Shown piece after piece: positions 1 to 12,701 of a stretch of 64,000 nt of DNA (position 1 is its first letter; each line of letters opens with the position of its first letter). The notes under the pieces are model-generated. The model was not told the DNA's origin and ran no database searches. It saw only the letters and a list, made by a program, of their open reading frames with translations. The translations under genes and the position numbers were made by a program. The stretch comes from Nannocystis bainbridge (GTDB lineage Bacteria; Myxococcota_A; Polyangia; Nannocystales; Nannocystaceae): the NCBI RefSeq assembly GCF_028368995.1, contig NZ_JAQNDL010000003.1, positions 2,304,001-2,368,000 on the forward strand, written 5' to 3'.

Positions 1-264
1 CCCGATTCGGGGCGCTGGCGGACCGTGCGCGGCTCCGATTTCCTCAACGAGCTCACCGGCTGGGGCAACGGCCACGCCACCCACCAGGACCCGTTCCTCG
101 AGAGCTGCGAGCTGCTCGCCGACGGTGACGAGGACGCCCGCGTCGACTGCATCCGCCAGCTCGGCGTCGCCGACCAGCGCGGCTACTGCTTCGCCCTCGA
201 CTGCCCGTGCGTCGAGGACGTGTGCGACCAGAAGAACCCCGACTACGTCCCGCGCTGCGACTGA
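1..264 (+). CDS. 3' end of a Cys-rich hypothetical (probably secreted) protein, truncated by the window start
   Basis: Frame 1 is open from base 1 to TGA at 264; high GC3; Cys-rich tail (YCFALDCPCVEDVC...PRCD). Confidence 0.6.
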   Translation, partial: PDSGRWRTVRGSDFLNELTGWGNGHATHQDPFLESCELLADGDEDARVDCIRQLGVADQRGYCFALDCPCVEDVCDQKNPDYVPRCD

Positions 265-1121
265 CCCCCGCGCCAGCGCCACCACAGCGTCAGCAGCGAC
301 GCCGACAGCAGCACGAACAGCGCGTACAGCAGCGGCAGCCACAGCATCCGCTCGTGCAGCGCCGCCGGGAAGCTGGCGAGGATGATCCCGAGCGCCAGCG
401 GGCTGTTTTGGATCCCCGTCTCGAACGCGATCGCGCGCCGGGCCGCCTGCGACGTCTCGAGCAGCGCCGCTAGCAGGTAGCCGAGCACGAAGCCGAGCAC
501 CCCGAGCCCGATCGCCGCCGCGTACATCGCCGGCGTCGTCTGGGCCAGCAGCGCCCCGTTGTGCACCAGGCCGGTCACGATCAGCAGCCCCAGCACCCCG
601 ATCCCCGACAGGCTGCCGACCTTCTCGAGCACCGCCGCCGCGCGCGGCCAGCGGGCGCGGATCGCCATGCCCAGCGCCAGCGGCACCAGCATCACCGCCA
701 GCGTCGTCGTGATGTTGCCGTACGGCACCTTGAGCGCCGCGTCGGTGAACGCGCTGGCGTAAAGCATCAACAGCAATGGCATCACTACCACCGCGACGAT
801 CGTCGACAGCGCCGTCATGCTGATGCTGAGCGCCACGTCGGCGCGGGCGTAGTACGTGAAGAGGTTCGAGGTCGTGCCGCCGGGCGTGCAGCCGACGATG
901 ATCAGGCTGATCGCCTGGTCGTTCGGCAGGTCGAGCGCCCTGGCCAGCGCGAACGCGATCAGCGGCATCCACCCGTACTGCGAGGCCAGACCGATCAGCG
1001 GCCCGCGCGGGCGCTTCAGCACCGCGCGGAAGTCGGCCACCGTCAACGACGCGCCCATCCCCATCATCAGGACGACGAGGAGCAGGGCCAGCAGCGCCTG
1101 TTCGAGGCCGGACAGCATCAC
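243..1121 (-). CDS. Bile acid:sodium symporter (SBF/SLC10) family transporter
   Basis: MMGMG, SQYGWMP, GCTPGGTTSNLFTY, AFETGIQN motifs; about 9 hydrophobic segments. Confidence 0.9.
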   Translation of the reverse strand: MMLSGLEQALLALLLVVLMMGMGASLTVADFRAVLKRPRGPLIGLASQYGWMPLIAFALARALDLPNDQAISLIIVGCTPGGTTSNLFTYYARADVALSISMTALSTIVAVVVMPLLLMLYASAFTDAALKVPYGNITTTLAVMLVPLALGMAIRARWPRAAAVLEKVGSLSGIGVLGLLIVTGLVHNGALLAQTTPAMYAAAIGLGVLGFVLGYLLAALLETSQAARRAIAFETGIQNSPLALGIILASFPAALHERMLWLPLLYALFVLLSASLLTLWWRWRGGQSQRGT

Positions 1122-1168
1122 CTCATGCTCGCACGCGGCCGGCCGGGCGGCAACCGGGCCGACCGGTG

Positions 1169-1975
1169 CTAACCTGTCTTTTCAGACATGTCCGAACGGC
1201 CCTGCGCGCGCACCGGCGGGCGCTCCTCGGTGAACAGCCGCAGCGCGAACTGACCGGCGGGGGTCGCCCGCGTGCGCGCGGCCCAGTCCGCGGCCGCGGG
1301 CGTCAGCCGGTCCAGCGGCAGCGGATAGCCGTAGCGCGGGGTCATCAGCGCCGGCCCCGAGAGCGCCGCGAACGTCAGGTCGGCCGCCGTGAAGCGGTCG
1401 CCGACCAGGAAGCGCCGGCCGTCCTGCAGCAGCGCCGCGACCTCGACGTAGATCTCGTCCAGCCGCGCCTGCGAGCGCGCCGTCGGCCCCGGGTACAGCC
1501 CCAACGCCCGCCGCATCAACGCCTGCATCGGCACCGTCAGCAAGCGACCGATCCGCCGCTCCCACGCCGGCCCGGTCGACGTGACCAGGTCGCGCGTCCG
1601 GCCGCGGTCGCCGAACATGTGGGCATAGGCAACCCGCCGCACGGCCGGCCCGAGCGACCGATCGAACAGCGTCACCAGCCGCTCGACCTCGGCGCGCAGC
1701 GCCGGCTCGGCGGGGAACAGCTTGCGCTCGCCCGGCAGGTGCTCGTCGGCGAAGCGGAGGATGTCGCTCGACTCGCCGAGCACACCACGCGGCGTCACCA
1801 GGGCCGGCACGGTGCGCTTGGCACCGGCGGCGCGGTTGGCCGCGAAGTGGAGGATCGGGACGTGGTCGTCCTCGACGTAGTCGAGGCCGGCGTGGTCGAG
1901 GGCCCAGCGGGCCTTCTCGCAGTAGTGGCTGAAGCCGATCGTGATCAGCCGCAGCGGCGCACCCGAGCGGCTCAC
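1169..1975 (-). CDS. Glutathione S-transferase family protein
   Basis: SHYCEKARWALD, TVPAL, ESSDIL, FLVGDRFTAADL; GTG start overlaps the upstream stop (GTGA). Confidence 0.88.
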   Translation of the reverse strand: MSRSGAPLRLITIGFSHYCEKARWALDHAGLDYVEDDHVPILHFAANRAAGAKRTVPALVTPRGVLGESSDILRFADEHLPGERKLFPAEPALRAEVERLVTLFDRSLGPAVRRVAYAHMFGDRGRTRDLVTSTGPAWERRIGRLLTVPMQALMRRALGLYPGPTARSQARLDEIYVEVAALLQDGRRFLVGDRFTAADLTFAALSGPALMTPRYGYPLPLDRLTPAAADWAARTRATPAGQFALRLFTEERPPVRAQGRSDMSEKTG

Positions 1976-2256
1976 GAAGCGGCGGTGAGCTTCTCGAGCT
2001 CCTTGTTCAGCGTCTCCTCGATCTTGCCCTTGAGGGGCGTGAGCATGAAGCCGAGGTCGAGGTTCACGTCGACCTTGCTCTCGCTGATGATCAGCTTGCC
2101 CTCGACGCCGGTCCCCTTGACGTTGAGGGTGCGATCGTCGGCCCACGAGGTCTTGGCCTGGTACTTCTCCTGGAGCTTGGCGCCGAGAGTGGCGATCCGT
2201 TCCTTGATCACGGCGGGCTCGAGGGAGTGATTGCGGGACAGGTTGATCTTCGGCAT
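1972..2256 (-). CDS. Polyhydroxyalkanoic acid system family protein (PHA_gran_rgn-like)
   Basis: 94 aa, MPKINLSRNHSL...GTGVEGKL...LGFMLTPLKGKIEE. Confidence 0.8.
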   Translation of the reverse strand: MPKINLSRNHSLEPAVIKERIATLGAKLQEKYQAKTSWADDRTLNVKGTGVEGKLIISESKVDVNLDLGFMLTPLKGKIEETLNKELEKLTAAS

Positions 2257-2364
2257 CGGCGTGTCTTGATACCAAAAAGGCCGCGGTCCCTGCAAACCGG
2301 CGGCGGTGGGGGCGCCAGGGCGACCGCGGGCTTTCGTCACAAATTTGGCCCGCGGGGCGGCCCC

Positions 2365-3342
2365 GTGGAAGCTGCGGCCGTGCTCCAAAGCGTCAGCGCC
2401 ACCGAGACCGCTCTGCCTCCTTCGGACCTGCGAGTGCCCGCGGACCCGAAGGCAACCGCGCAGGCTCCGGCTGCGGCCCCTCAGTCGGGTCCGGCCCGGG
2501 CCACGAGCGCGCGCGCGGCTACGCCGGCGCAGAAGCCCCTGCCGGAGCCGACCTGGCGCTCGCCCGACAACCGAGCTCGGCTTTACAAGGGCGACTGCCT
2601 CGAGATCTTGGAGCGCGTCCCGGCCGACTCCGTCGACGTGATCTTCGCCGATCCCCCGTACTTCCTCTCGAACGGCGGCAGCACCTGCCGCGCGGGCAAG
2701 CGGACCAGCGTCGACAAGGGCGCGTGGGACAAGTCGAACGGCATCGAGGAGAACCACGCGTTCAACCATCGGTGGCTGAGCGCGTGTCAGCGGGCGCTCA
2801 AGCCCAACGGCACGATGTGGGTCTCGGGCACCAGCCACGTGATCTACTCGGTCGGCTACGCGATGCAGCAGCTCGGCTTCAAGATGCTCAACGAGATCGT
2901 GTGGGAGAAGCCGAACCCGCCGCCGAACCTGTCGTGCCGCTACTTCACGCACGCGACCGAGACGCTGCTGTGGGCGGCCAAGAGCCGCAAGAGCCGGCAC
3001 GTGTTCAACTACGACCGCATGCGCGAGATCAACGACGGCAAGCAGATGAAGTCGGTGTGGCGGTTTACCGCGCCCGGCCAGAAAGAGAAGCTGCTCGGCC
3101 GCCACCCGACGCAGAAGCCCGTGGCCCTGCTCGAGCGCCTGCTGCTCGCCTCCTGCCCCGAGGGCGCCCAGGTGCTCGATCCGTTCAACGGCTCCGGCAC
3201 CACCGGCGTCGCCGCCGTCAGCCTCGGCCACAGCTACATGGGCATCGACCTCGAGCAGGAATACATCGACCTGACCCAGGCCCGCCTGCTCGACGCCGTG
3301 CCCTCCCTGCGCGAGCGACCCGCCCTGCAAGTGGTGCGCTGA
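2365..3342 (+). CDS. Site-specific DNA amino-methyltransferase (N6A/N4C, beta order), no adjacent endonuclease
   Basis: DPPY motif IV precedes HPTQKP and DPFNGSGTTG motif I; Pro/Ala-rich N-terminal extension; start (GTG 2365) uncertain. Confidence 0.9.
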   Translation: MEAAAVLQSVSATETALPPSDLRVPADPKATAQAPAAAPQSGPARATSARAATPAQKPLPEPTWRSPDNRARLYKGDCLEILERVPADSVDVIFADPPYFLSNGGSTCRAGKRTSVDKGAWDKSNGIEENHAFNHRWLSACQRALKPNGTMWVSGTSHVIYSVGYAMQQLGFKMLNEIVWEKPNPPPNLSCRYFTHATETLLWAAKSRKSRHVFNYDRMREINDGKQMKSVWRFTAPGQKEKLLGRHPTQKPVALLERLLLASCPEGAQVLDPFNGSGTTGVAAVSLGHSYMGIDLEQEYIDLTQARLLDAVPSLRERPALQVVR

Positions 3343-3554
3343 ACGTTGTCGCCAGCGCGGGCGCCTCGTCTCGCACCGCGCGCGCCTGCCGAACCGACGA
3401 AGATCTCGGCATCGCGGCAGTGACTCGCGACGCAGCGACGATCTGGCCGTCGCCGCTCGGCCGCCCTGCGCGAGCCGATTAAACGCGAACGGCGGCGATC
3501 GCTCGCCGCCGCGGTCGCTCGCTGTCACGAGCGACCTGTCCCTTCGGACAGGCC

Positions 3555-4109
3555 TCAGACCTCGGTGATCTCGGCTTCCTTCTTGGCCAGGATCTCCTCG
3601 GTCTGCTTGATGAACTTGTCGTGCATCTCCTGGACCTTCTCGAGCGCCTTCTTGAGCTCGTCCTCGGTGATCTCGCGGCCCTTCTCGGCCTCCTTGAGGA
3701 ACTCGTTGGCCTCGCGGCGCGACTGGCGGATCGCCACCTTGGCCTCCTCGCCGAGGTCCTTGACCTGCTTGACCAGGCCCTTGCGGCGGTCGCCGGTGAG
3801 CGGCGGGATCGCCAGGCGGATCACCACGCCGTCGCTCTGCGGATTGATGCCGAGGTTGGCGGCGTTGATGGCGCGCTCGATCGGCCCGATCATGTTGCGG
3901 TCCCACGGCTTGACGACGAGCAGGCGGGCGTCGCCGATCGAGACGGTGGCGCACTGGTTGAGCGGCATCAGGGTGCCGTAGTTCTCGACGCGGATCTCGT
4001 CGAGCATGGCGGGGTTGGCCCGGCCGGCGCGGACCTTGGAGACCGCCTTGCGCAGGTGGTCGAGCGCCTTGTCCATACCGTCTTGGGCCAGTTCGAGTGC
4101 GTCGTTCAT
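3555..4109 (-). CDS. frr: Ribosome recycling factor
   Basis: KVRAGRANP, LGINPQSDG, IPPLTGDRR; downstream of pyrH. Confidence 0.97.
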   Translation of the reverse strand: MNDALELAQDGMDKALDHLRKAVSKVRAGRANPAMLDEIRVENYGTLMPLNQCATVSIGDARLLVVKPWDRNMIGPIERAINAANLGINPQSDGVVIRLAIPPLTGDRRKGLVKQVKDLGEEAKVAIRQSRREANEFLKEAEKGREITEDELKKALEKVQEMHDKFIKQTEEILAKKEAEITEV

Positions 4110-4159
4110 GGTCGTGCTCCGTCGTGCGCAGTGGGTGAAGTGGTTCGTATTCGCGCGGG

Positions 4160-4882
4160 TTACTCCGCGCAGACCAGCGTGCCGAGCTCCTCGCCGCAGA
4201 CCACGCGGCGGATATTGTCCCGCCCGAGCATGTTGAAGACAAGGATGGGCAGGCTGTTCTCCTTGCACAAGGAGATCGCCGTGCTGTCCATGACGTTGAG
4301 GCCGCGGGCCAGCACGTCGAGGTAGGTCAAGCGGGTGTAGCGGACCGCGTCGCTGTGCTTGTGCGGGTCCTTGTCGTAGACCCCGTCGACCTTGGTCGCC
4401 TTCATCAGCACGTCGGCGTGGACCTCCATGGCCCGCAGCGCCGCCGCCGTGTCGGTGGTGAAGTAGGGGTTGCCGGTCCCGGCCGCGAAGATGACCACGC
4501 GGCCCTTCTCGAGGTGCCGGGTCGCGCGCCGGCGGATGTACGGCTCGGCGATCTCCTTCATCTCGATCGCCGACATCACCCGCGTGTACACCCCGCGCTG
4601 CTCGAGCGCGTCCTGCAGCGCCAGCGAGTTCATCACCGTCGCCAGCATGCCCATGTAGTCGGCGCTGGCGCGGTCCATGCCCGAGGCCGCGGCCGACAGC
4701 CCGCGGAAGATGTTGCCGCCGCCGATGACCAGCGCGACCTCGACGCCGAGGCCGACGACCTCTTTGACCTCTTCGGAGATCCCGCGCAGGACCTCGCCGT
4801 CGACGCCGTAGCCCTGCGTGCCCTGCAGGGCCTCGCCGGACAGCTTGAGCAGGATCCTCTTGTAGCGGGGGGCAGCTGCCAT
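4160..4882 (-). CDS. pyrH: UMP kinase
   Basis: [43 protein letters not shown]. Confidence 0.98.
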   Translation of the reverse strand: MAAAPRYKRILLKLSGEALQGTQGYGVDGEVLRGISEEVKEVVGLGVEVALVIGGGNIFRGLSAAASGMDRASADYMGMLATVMNSLALQDALEQRGVYTRVMSAIEMKEIAEPYIRRRATRHLEKGRVVIFAAGTGNPYFTTDTAAALRAMEVHADVLMKATKVDGVYDKDPHKHSDAVRYTRLTYLDVLARGLNVMDSTAISLCKENSLPILVFNMLGRDNIRRVVCGEELGTLVCAE

Positions 4883-4939
4883 GCGGACCGTCTCTCCGAC
4901 CCGCGGGGCCGGCTCTGGGGAATCATCGTGACGCACATA

Positions 4940-4970
4940 GCGAGAGAGCGGGGGTCGCCCGCTCTCTCGC
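4940..4970 (-). terminator. GC-rich stem-loop between tsf and pyrH (terminator or stabiliser)
   Basis: GCGAGAGAGCGGG-GGTCG-CCCGCTCTCTCGC, 13-bp perfect stem just after the tsf stop; no strong U-tract. Confidence 0.5.
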
Positions 4971-4978
4971 TCGCGTCT

Positions 4979-5632
<654 letters not shown>

Positions 5633-5635
5633 GGC

Positions 5636-6547
5636 TCAGTCCTCTTTGGTGACGGTCTCTTCGTCCGGGGTGGCCGCGGCCTCGGGGGCCGGCAGCTGGG
5701 TGCGGCGCGACACGACCTCGACGCGCGGGCCGTCGCCGCCGGTGGTCACGCGGATCGTCTCGGGGGCCTGGTGACCCTCGGGCTCGTTGACCGCGCGCGA
5801 CTTGCCGAGGCGCGCGCCCTCGAGGCAGGCGTCCGCCATCTTGCTGCAGAACAGCTTGATCGCGCGGATGGCGTCGTCGTTGCCGGGGATGACGTGCTGG
5901 ATGAGCCGCGGGTCGGCGTTGGTGTCGGCCACCGCGACCACCGGGATGCCGAGGCGGTTGGCCTCGACCACGGCGATGTGCTCCTTGACCGGGTCGATGA
6001 CGAACACCGCGCCGGGCAGCTTCGGCATGTCCTTGATGCCGCCGAGGTTGCGCTCGAGCTTGCCGCGCTTGCGCTCGAACATCAGCGCTTCCTTCTTGGT
6101 GATCGCCTCGTACGTGCCGTCCTGGCTCATACGCTCGATGTTGCGCAGCTTGTCGACCGACTGGCGCACCGTCGTCCAGTTCGTCAGCGTGCCGCCGAGC
6201 CAGCGGCTGCAGACGAAGAACTGGTTGGCGCGGAAGGCCTCATGGCTCATGACGTCCGAGGCCTGCTTCTTGGTGCCGACGAACAGGACCGGCTTGCCCT
6301 CGGCGGCGATGCCGCGAATGAACGCGTACGCCCGCCGGAACATGACCGCGGTCTGCTGCAGGTCGATGATGTGGATGCCGTTGCGGGCCCCGTAGATGTA
6401 GGGCTTCATGCGCGGGTTCCAGCGCTCGGTCCGGTGACCGAAGTGGACGCCCGCTTCAAGGAGCTGGCGCACGGTGATGATCCGCTGACCGTCCGACATT
6501 TCGAGCGACTGCTGCAGGTCGCTCTGGGAGACATCTTGGTTGCTCAT
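5636..6547 (-). CDS. rpsB: 30S ribosomal protein S2
   Basis: [38 protein letters not shown]. Confidence 0.98.
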   Translation of the reverse strand: MSNQDVSQSDLQQSLEMSDGQRIITVRQLLEAGVHFGHRTERWNPRMKPYIYGARNGIHIIDLQQTAVMFRRAYAFIRGIAAEGKPVLFVGTKKQASDVMSHEAFRANQFFVCSRWLGGTLTNWTTVRQSVDKLRNIERMSQDGTYEAITKKEALMFERKRGKLERNLGGIKDMPKLPGAVFVIDPVKEHIAVVEANRLGIPVVAVADTNADPRLIQHVIPGNDDAIRAIKLFCSKMADACLEGARLGKSRAVNEPEGHQAPETIRVTTGGDGPRVEVVSRRTQLPAPEAAATPDEETVTKED

Positions 6548-6670
6548 CGCTTCTTCTTTCTTGGCGTTGGGCCGCTGCCCCGATCGTCGGACCCCGAACA
6601 CCGCACCCTGCGGTGACGCCACGGGGCCCTCCCGAGGCATGTGTGTTGGTTGGGCGGGCCGTTTAGCACG
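6548..6670 (-). promoter_or_regulatory. Putative rpsB 5' leader (S2 autoregulatory RNA) and promoter
   Basis: Position upstream of rpsB; minus strand reads AACACACA...GGGUG... with structured GC stems; weak resemblance only. Confidence 0.35.
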
Positions 6671-6940
6671 CACCCCGGCCACCGGGCAAGGCGCCGCCGG
6701 TCCCGCCTCCCCGGCGTCCTCACACCCGGACACGCACCTGCAGCGGCCACCGCGAAGCCCCCGGGCCGCCCCGGGCCGCGCGCCCGAACACGTGAGCCTG
6801 CTCGTCTCGCCCCGCGACTCCATCACGCCGCCGTCCCGGTCCAAGCCTCCGAGGCGTCCAGGTCCGCGTCTCACGCGATCGGACAGCCCCGTCGCGGCCC
6901 TCCGGACCAATAGCGCCGAACGCGCAGCCACCCCTGTGAT

Positions 6941-7903
6941 ATGAGCGCCTTGTCGATGTCTCGCCGCCCGCTTCTCGCCCTCGCGTTCGCTCTCGGCGCC
7001 CTCGGCGGTTGCTTCCTCAGCGCCAACCCGCCGCCGTCGTTCCGCTACAACTGCAAGATCGACGGCGACTGCCAGGTGCTCACCTGCCGCGGCGACCTGA
7101 TCGCCATCCCCGACGCCGACGCCGCCGGGCTGCAGCTGGCCGAGGACTGCGACGAGGTGCTCGAGGCCGAAAAGAACAAGTTCTACGAGGCCCGCCAGGC
7201 CTGCCTCGACGGCCTGTGCGAGTACCCGTGCGAGCTCAGCACCGACGTCTGCCCGGCCGACAAGGGCCATAGACTCTGCTTCAACGGCACCTGCGCGACC
7301 GCCTGCGGCTACGACGACGAGCGCTTCCCCAACCCCGACGCCACCTGCTCGCAGTCCCAGAAGTGCGTCCTGTTCGGCGACGACATCGAGCTGGCGCTGA
7401 TCGAAGATCTGTTCGGCAGCAGCAGCGGCAGCGGCAGCAGCAACGGCGGCTTCGGCGGCGGCGGTAGCGGCAGCTCCAGCCTCGAGGACCTCATCGGCAC
7501 CGGCCTGTGCGGCATCCGCTGCGACGCCGAGGGCGCCCGCGCCTGTCCTCCGGGACAGTACTGCAGCGGCGCGATGTGCCTGCCCGACTGCGCCCACGAG
7601 AACGCCACCCCGTGCGCCGACTCGGCCCAGTGCTACGCGTTCGGCGGGTTCTCGACCTGCATCGTCAAGTGCGACCCAGCCGGCGAGAACACCTGCGAGA
7701 AGGGCGAGATCTGCGTCCAGGGCCTCGGCCTGTGCCTTTCGACCTGCCTCGGCGAGGACGCGACCACCTGCCGCGAAGGCCTCACCTGCAGCGAGGAACT
7801 GGCGATCTGCGTGCCCGAGGATCTGCCGGCCGACACCATCGGCACCGACACCGACGTCAGCGACACGGAAGCTCCCACCAGCGAAACCGAGACCAGCGGA
7901 TGA
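6941..7903 (+). CDS. Cys-rich lipoprotein
   Basis: Signal peptide with lipobox LGGC; many Cys; Gly/Ser linker; Thr/acidic tail. Confidence 0.8.
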   Translation: MSALSMSRRPLLALAFALGALGGCFLSANPPPSFRYNCKIDGDCQVLTCRGDLIAIPDADAAGLQLAEDCDEVLEAEKNKFYEARQACLDGLCEYPCELSTDVCPADKGHRLCFNGTCATACGYDDERFPNPDATCSQSQKCVLFGDDIELALIEDLFGSSSGSGSSNGGFGGGGSGSSSLEDLIGTGLCGIRCDAEGARACPPGQYCSGAMCLPDCAHENATPCADSAQCYAFGGFSTCIVKCDPAGENTCEKGEICVQGLGLCLSTCLGEDATTCREGLTCSEELAICVPEDLPADTIGTDTDVSDTEAPTSETETSG

Positions 7904-8616
7904 CCCACCGACCGCTCCACGGCCCCGCGGGCCACGACGTCCCCCGCCGACTGCTGGTCGCCGCGCTGGCGCTCACCACCGCCTGTGCCACGACCGCGGC
8001 CGACCTGCCGCAGCCCGATCGTCGACTGGCCTCGATCGGCAACCTCGGCACCCGCTCGAATTTCGAGATCCGCACGCTCTACGCCGCGCAAGATCCGTCC
8101 CCGCCGCCGGCGGAGGACCGCGCCGGCAAGCGCCGCCGCCCGGTCACGCCGATCCTGTTCTACCTCGGGATCTCGATGGCCGTGGCCGCCGGCGTCGGCA
8201 CGATCGCCACCAGCTTCGCCTCCTACGGCCTGCGTCGCAAGCTCGACGACGGCTACTTCGAGGACGGCTTCACCTACGACGACTACAACCGCACGGTCGA
8301 GAACGGCAACCGCCTCAGCAAGGCCAGCTGGGGCCTCGGCCTGACCGCGGTCGCGTTCGCGGCGATGGCCCTGATCGCCTACAGCGTCGACTGGTCGCGC
8401 TGCGGCCCGCTCGCGCCCAAGCGCCGCCGCGAGACCGCGCCGCGCGGCCGCTGCGAGGAGTTCCACCCCGACCACAAGCCGGCCGATGCGCCGCTGGTCG
8501 TCTCGGGCGAGGCCTCGCCCGCCGGCCCCGGCCTGGCCCCCGGGCCCGCCGCCGAGGGCGCCTCCGCCCAGCCCGGGCCCGCCACCGAGGGCCCCGCCCC
8601 GGCCCCCGGCAACTAG
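7900..8616 (+). CDS. Lipoprotein / membrane protein of unknown function
   Basis: ATGA overlap with the previous gene; lipobox-like LTTAC; two hydrophobic helices; Pro/Ala tail. Confidence 0.7.
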   Translation: MTHRPLHGPAGHDVPRRLLVAALALTTACATTAADLPQPDRRLASIGNLGTRSNFEIRTLYAAQDPSPPPAEDRAGKRRRPVTPILFYLGISMAVAAGVGTIATSFASYGLRRKLDDGYFEDGFTYDDYNRTVENGNRLSKASWGLGLTAVAFAAMALIAYSVDWSRCGPLAPKRRRETAPRGRCEEFHPDHKPADAPLVVSGEASPAGPGLAPGPAAEGASAQPGPATEGPAPAPGN

Positions 8617-8627
8617 CGCCCGCGGCC

Positions 8628-10730
8628 ATGTCCTCCGCGCCAGCTGGTCCCGAGGACATGGCGAAGACGCCAGGTCCGAAAGGTCCTGTCGCTACGGACA
8701 TGCCCTCCGGGACAGGCGGGATGACGCCGCACGGACGTGACGACCTGTCCACCGGGACAGACGGCATGAGCTCGCGCGCCCGCGAGGCCGCCTCGCCCGA
8801 CCTGTCCTTCGGGACACCCGGCTCCCTGTCCCCGCGGGTCGCCGTGCTCGGCGTCCTCGCCCTGATCGCCCTCGTTCACGTGCCGCTGCTCGGCTTTCAG
8901 TTCGTCTACGACGACGGCTGGACCCTGGTCGCCAACGGGTTCTTGCGCGCGCCGGCCGACCTCGCGCTGCTGTTCTCGCCCGAGGCGATCGCCCGCCACG
9001 TCCCTGACGCCTTCCGGCCCGGCCTCGTCGTCTTCGACCTCCTCGGCTACCAGCTCATCGGCCTGTCCTCCGGCCTGCACCACGCCCTCTCGATCGCCCT
9101 CCACCTGGGCGTCTGCGCCGTCCTGGTCCGCTGGCTGCGCGTGCTCGGGGCCCCCTTCGACCTGGCCCTCGGGACAGCCGCGCTGTTCGGCCTGCTGGCG
9201 ATCCACGCCGAGGCCGTCGCCGTCGTCTCGTACCGCGAGGACCTCCTGGCCGCCCTGCTCGGCCTCGCCGCCGCCCTCGCCGCCTCGCGCCGCCGCCTCG
9301 CCCTCGCCGCCTTCCTGTCTCTCGGGGCATGTTCGATGAAGCTCAGCGCCGGCGCGATCCCGGCGCTGTGGCTGCTCGCCGAGGGCCTCTCGCCGTGGCG
9401 CCCGCGCCCGCCGGTGACCCACCTGCTGCGCGGCGCCCTCGCCCTCGCCCTCGGCGTCGCCGCCGTGATCGCCTACACCTTCGCCCTCTACGGCGCCCTC
9501 GACCCGTACGGCGCAGGCAACCTGCGCGTCTTCAGCCACCGCGTCGGCCTCGGCCCGGTGCTCGCCGCCTCGCTGCCGATCCACCTCGGCTACTTGCAGC
9601 AGATCCTGGTCCCGCTCGGCCTCTCGCCCGAATACACCGACCGCGCCGCCGGCCTCCGCGAGCCCGCGGTGCTGCTGGCCGGCGCCGCCCTGCTCGCGCT
9701 CGCCGGCTACGGCCTCGCCTGCGCCCGCCGTCGCCCGCTGGTGGCCCTGGCGATCCTCGGCGCCTTCGCCCTCGCCCTGCCGACCAGCAACCTGTTCCCG
9801 ATGCCCAACATGCGGGCCGACCGCTTCATGTACCTGCCGAGCGTGCCGGTCTGCCTCGGCCTGGCCGCGCTCTTGCTGACCGCCGGTCGCTGGCTGTCTC
9901 GACATGTCCCCGAGGACATGCGACTGTTCGCCCGCGTCGCCCCGCTGGCCGCCGTGGTGGTCGTCCAGGGCTCGGTGCGCGTGGCCACGGCCGCGGTCTA
10001 CCGCGACAACTCGCACCTGTGGGGCGTGGCCCACGTGCGCGCCCCCGACTCGGCCCGCGCCCTCGCGGTGCTCGGCGAGCTGGTGCTGCGCAACGTCCCT
10101 GCCGACGCCCCGCGCGAGGACAAGGCCCTGGCGTTCGCCCGCGCCGAGGCCCACTGCCGCAACGCCGAGCGCCACGACCCCCGCTACGAGCTGCCGCAGC
10201 TGTGCTTCGCCCGCCTCGCCGCCGCCCGCGAGGACTGGCCCGAGGCCTACCGCCGCTACCAGGCGGCCCTCGCCGTCAGCCCCGACCGCAACGCGGGGAT
10301 CTTCGCCGGCCTCGCCGAGGTGAGCCTCGACCTGCCCGCGACTTCCGAGACGACACGCACGGACCTGGCCCGCCGTCACCTCGCCGAGGGCCTGGCGAGC
10401 TACCCGTACAGCCCGGAGCTGCACGCGACCGCGGGGCGGATCTTCCATCGCCTCGCCGACCCGGAGCAGGCAACGCTCCATTATCAACGGTCCCTCGCGC
10501 TGGCCCCCGAGCGACCCGAAGCCCTGCTCGCGAACATCGAGCTGCTCCTCGACCTCGGACGTCCGACCGCCGCGACCGAGCTCCTGCTCCACGAAAAAAC
10601 CGCCTGGCTCGCCGCCGATCCCGACGATCGGACCGCGCTTGTCGCGCGGCACCGCGACGCCTTGCGGCTGTTCGAACCTTCATCGATACTCTCAGCCGAC
10701 CCCGTCGGAGTCCTCGCCCATGAGCCGTAA
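8628..10730 (+). CDS. TMTC-like GT-C membrane glycosyltransferase with C-terminal TPRs
   Basis: FVYDD luminal motif, FRP, HAEAVAVVSYREDL, ADRFMYLP, C-terminal TPR-like helices; true start may be ATG 8766. Confidence 0.75.
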   Translation: MSSAPAGPEDMAKTPGPKGPVATDMPSGTGGMTPHGRDDLSTGTDGMSSRAREAASPDLSFGTPGSLSPRVAVLGVLALIALVHVPLLGFQFVYDDGWTLVANGFLRAPADLALLFSPEAIARHVPDAFRPGLVVFDLLGYQLIGLSSGLHHALSIALHLGVCAVLVRWLRVLGAPFDLALGTAALFGLLAIHAEAVAVVSYREDLLAALLGLAAALAASRRRLALAAFLSLGACSMKLSAGAIPALWLLAEGLSPWRPRPPVTHLLRGALALALGVAAVIAYTFALYGALDPYGAGNLRVFSHRVGLGPVLAASLPIHLGYLQQILVPLGLSPEYTDRAAGLREPAVLLAGAALLALAGYGLACARRRPLVALAILGAFALALPTSNLFPMPNMRADRFMYLPSVPVCLGLAALLLTAGRWLSRHVPEDMRLFARVAPLAAVVVVQGSVRVATAAVYRDNSHLWGVAHVRAPDSARALAVLGELVLRNVPADAPREDKALAFARAEAHCRNAERHDPRYELPQLCFARLAAAREDWPEAYRRYQAALAVSPDRNAGIFAGLAEVSLDLPATSETTRTDLARRHLAEGLASYPYSPELHATAGRIFHRLADPEQATLHYQRSLALAPERPEALLANIELLLDLGRPTAATELLLHEKTAWLAADPDDRTALVARHRDALRLFEPSSILSADPVGVLAHEP

Positions 10731-10842
10731 GTTCTTCTCGTTCCTGCTCCTCACGGCCCTCATGATCGCCGCCGGCAGCATGGCCTGTCTGCAGACCGTC
10801 GAAGAGTTCGACAAGCAAGACGAGACCGACGGCGCCACCTGA
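10720..10842 (+). CDS. 40-aa small lipoprotein-like protein
   Basis: MSRKFFSFLLLTALMIAAGSMAC-LQTVEEFDKQDETDGAT; overlaps the end of the GT gene; strong GC3. Confidence 0.55.
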   Translation: MSRKFFSFLLLTALMIAAGSMACLQTVEEFDKQDETDGAT

Positions 10843-11130
10843 GCCCCGTCTCCCTCGCATCGAGCCCCACCTGGCGCTCGGGACAGGTCGCCCTCCGCGA
10901 CCTCCCGCGCGCCAAATTGTTTTAAACCACTCCGTGAGCCGAGCCCGCGACTTGCGCGGCGTCCCCGGCATCGACCACGAGCTGGCCTCGGGGACAGTCA
11001 CCCCGAGCCCGCCGCGATCCCGGCGCAGACAGGTCCGCGTCGTCCAGGGCAAGTAGTGCCGCCTCGGCGAGGCCAGCGAGGCGCGAGCCTGCGAAGTGAC
11101 CTCCCACGCGTCCGGGCCCCTTGTATGTTC

Positions 11131-12506
<1,376 letters not shown>

Positions 12507-12701
12507 CGCCGCAACACAACTGCTCGCTCGCGTCGCCCGAGCGGGGCGAACCGATCGCGGTCGGCAGCATCGACCTGTCTCTTCGGACAGCTCGACATTT
12601 CCAAGTCAGCCCCGACGCCGCGGCGGCCAGGCCCACGGGAGCCCCTTGCTCCGCGTCCGCACGCCCGTCGGGCCTAGCCGTCGACGAGGCCCCGGGTCCC
12701 T

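Noticed and set aside
1972-4242. 756-aa ORF as a fusion protein
   Set aside because: Only the last 94 codons (from ATG 2256) look coding; the rest overlaps frr out of frame and the methyltransferase antisense.
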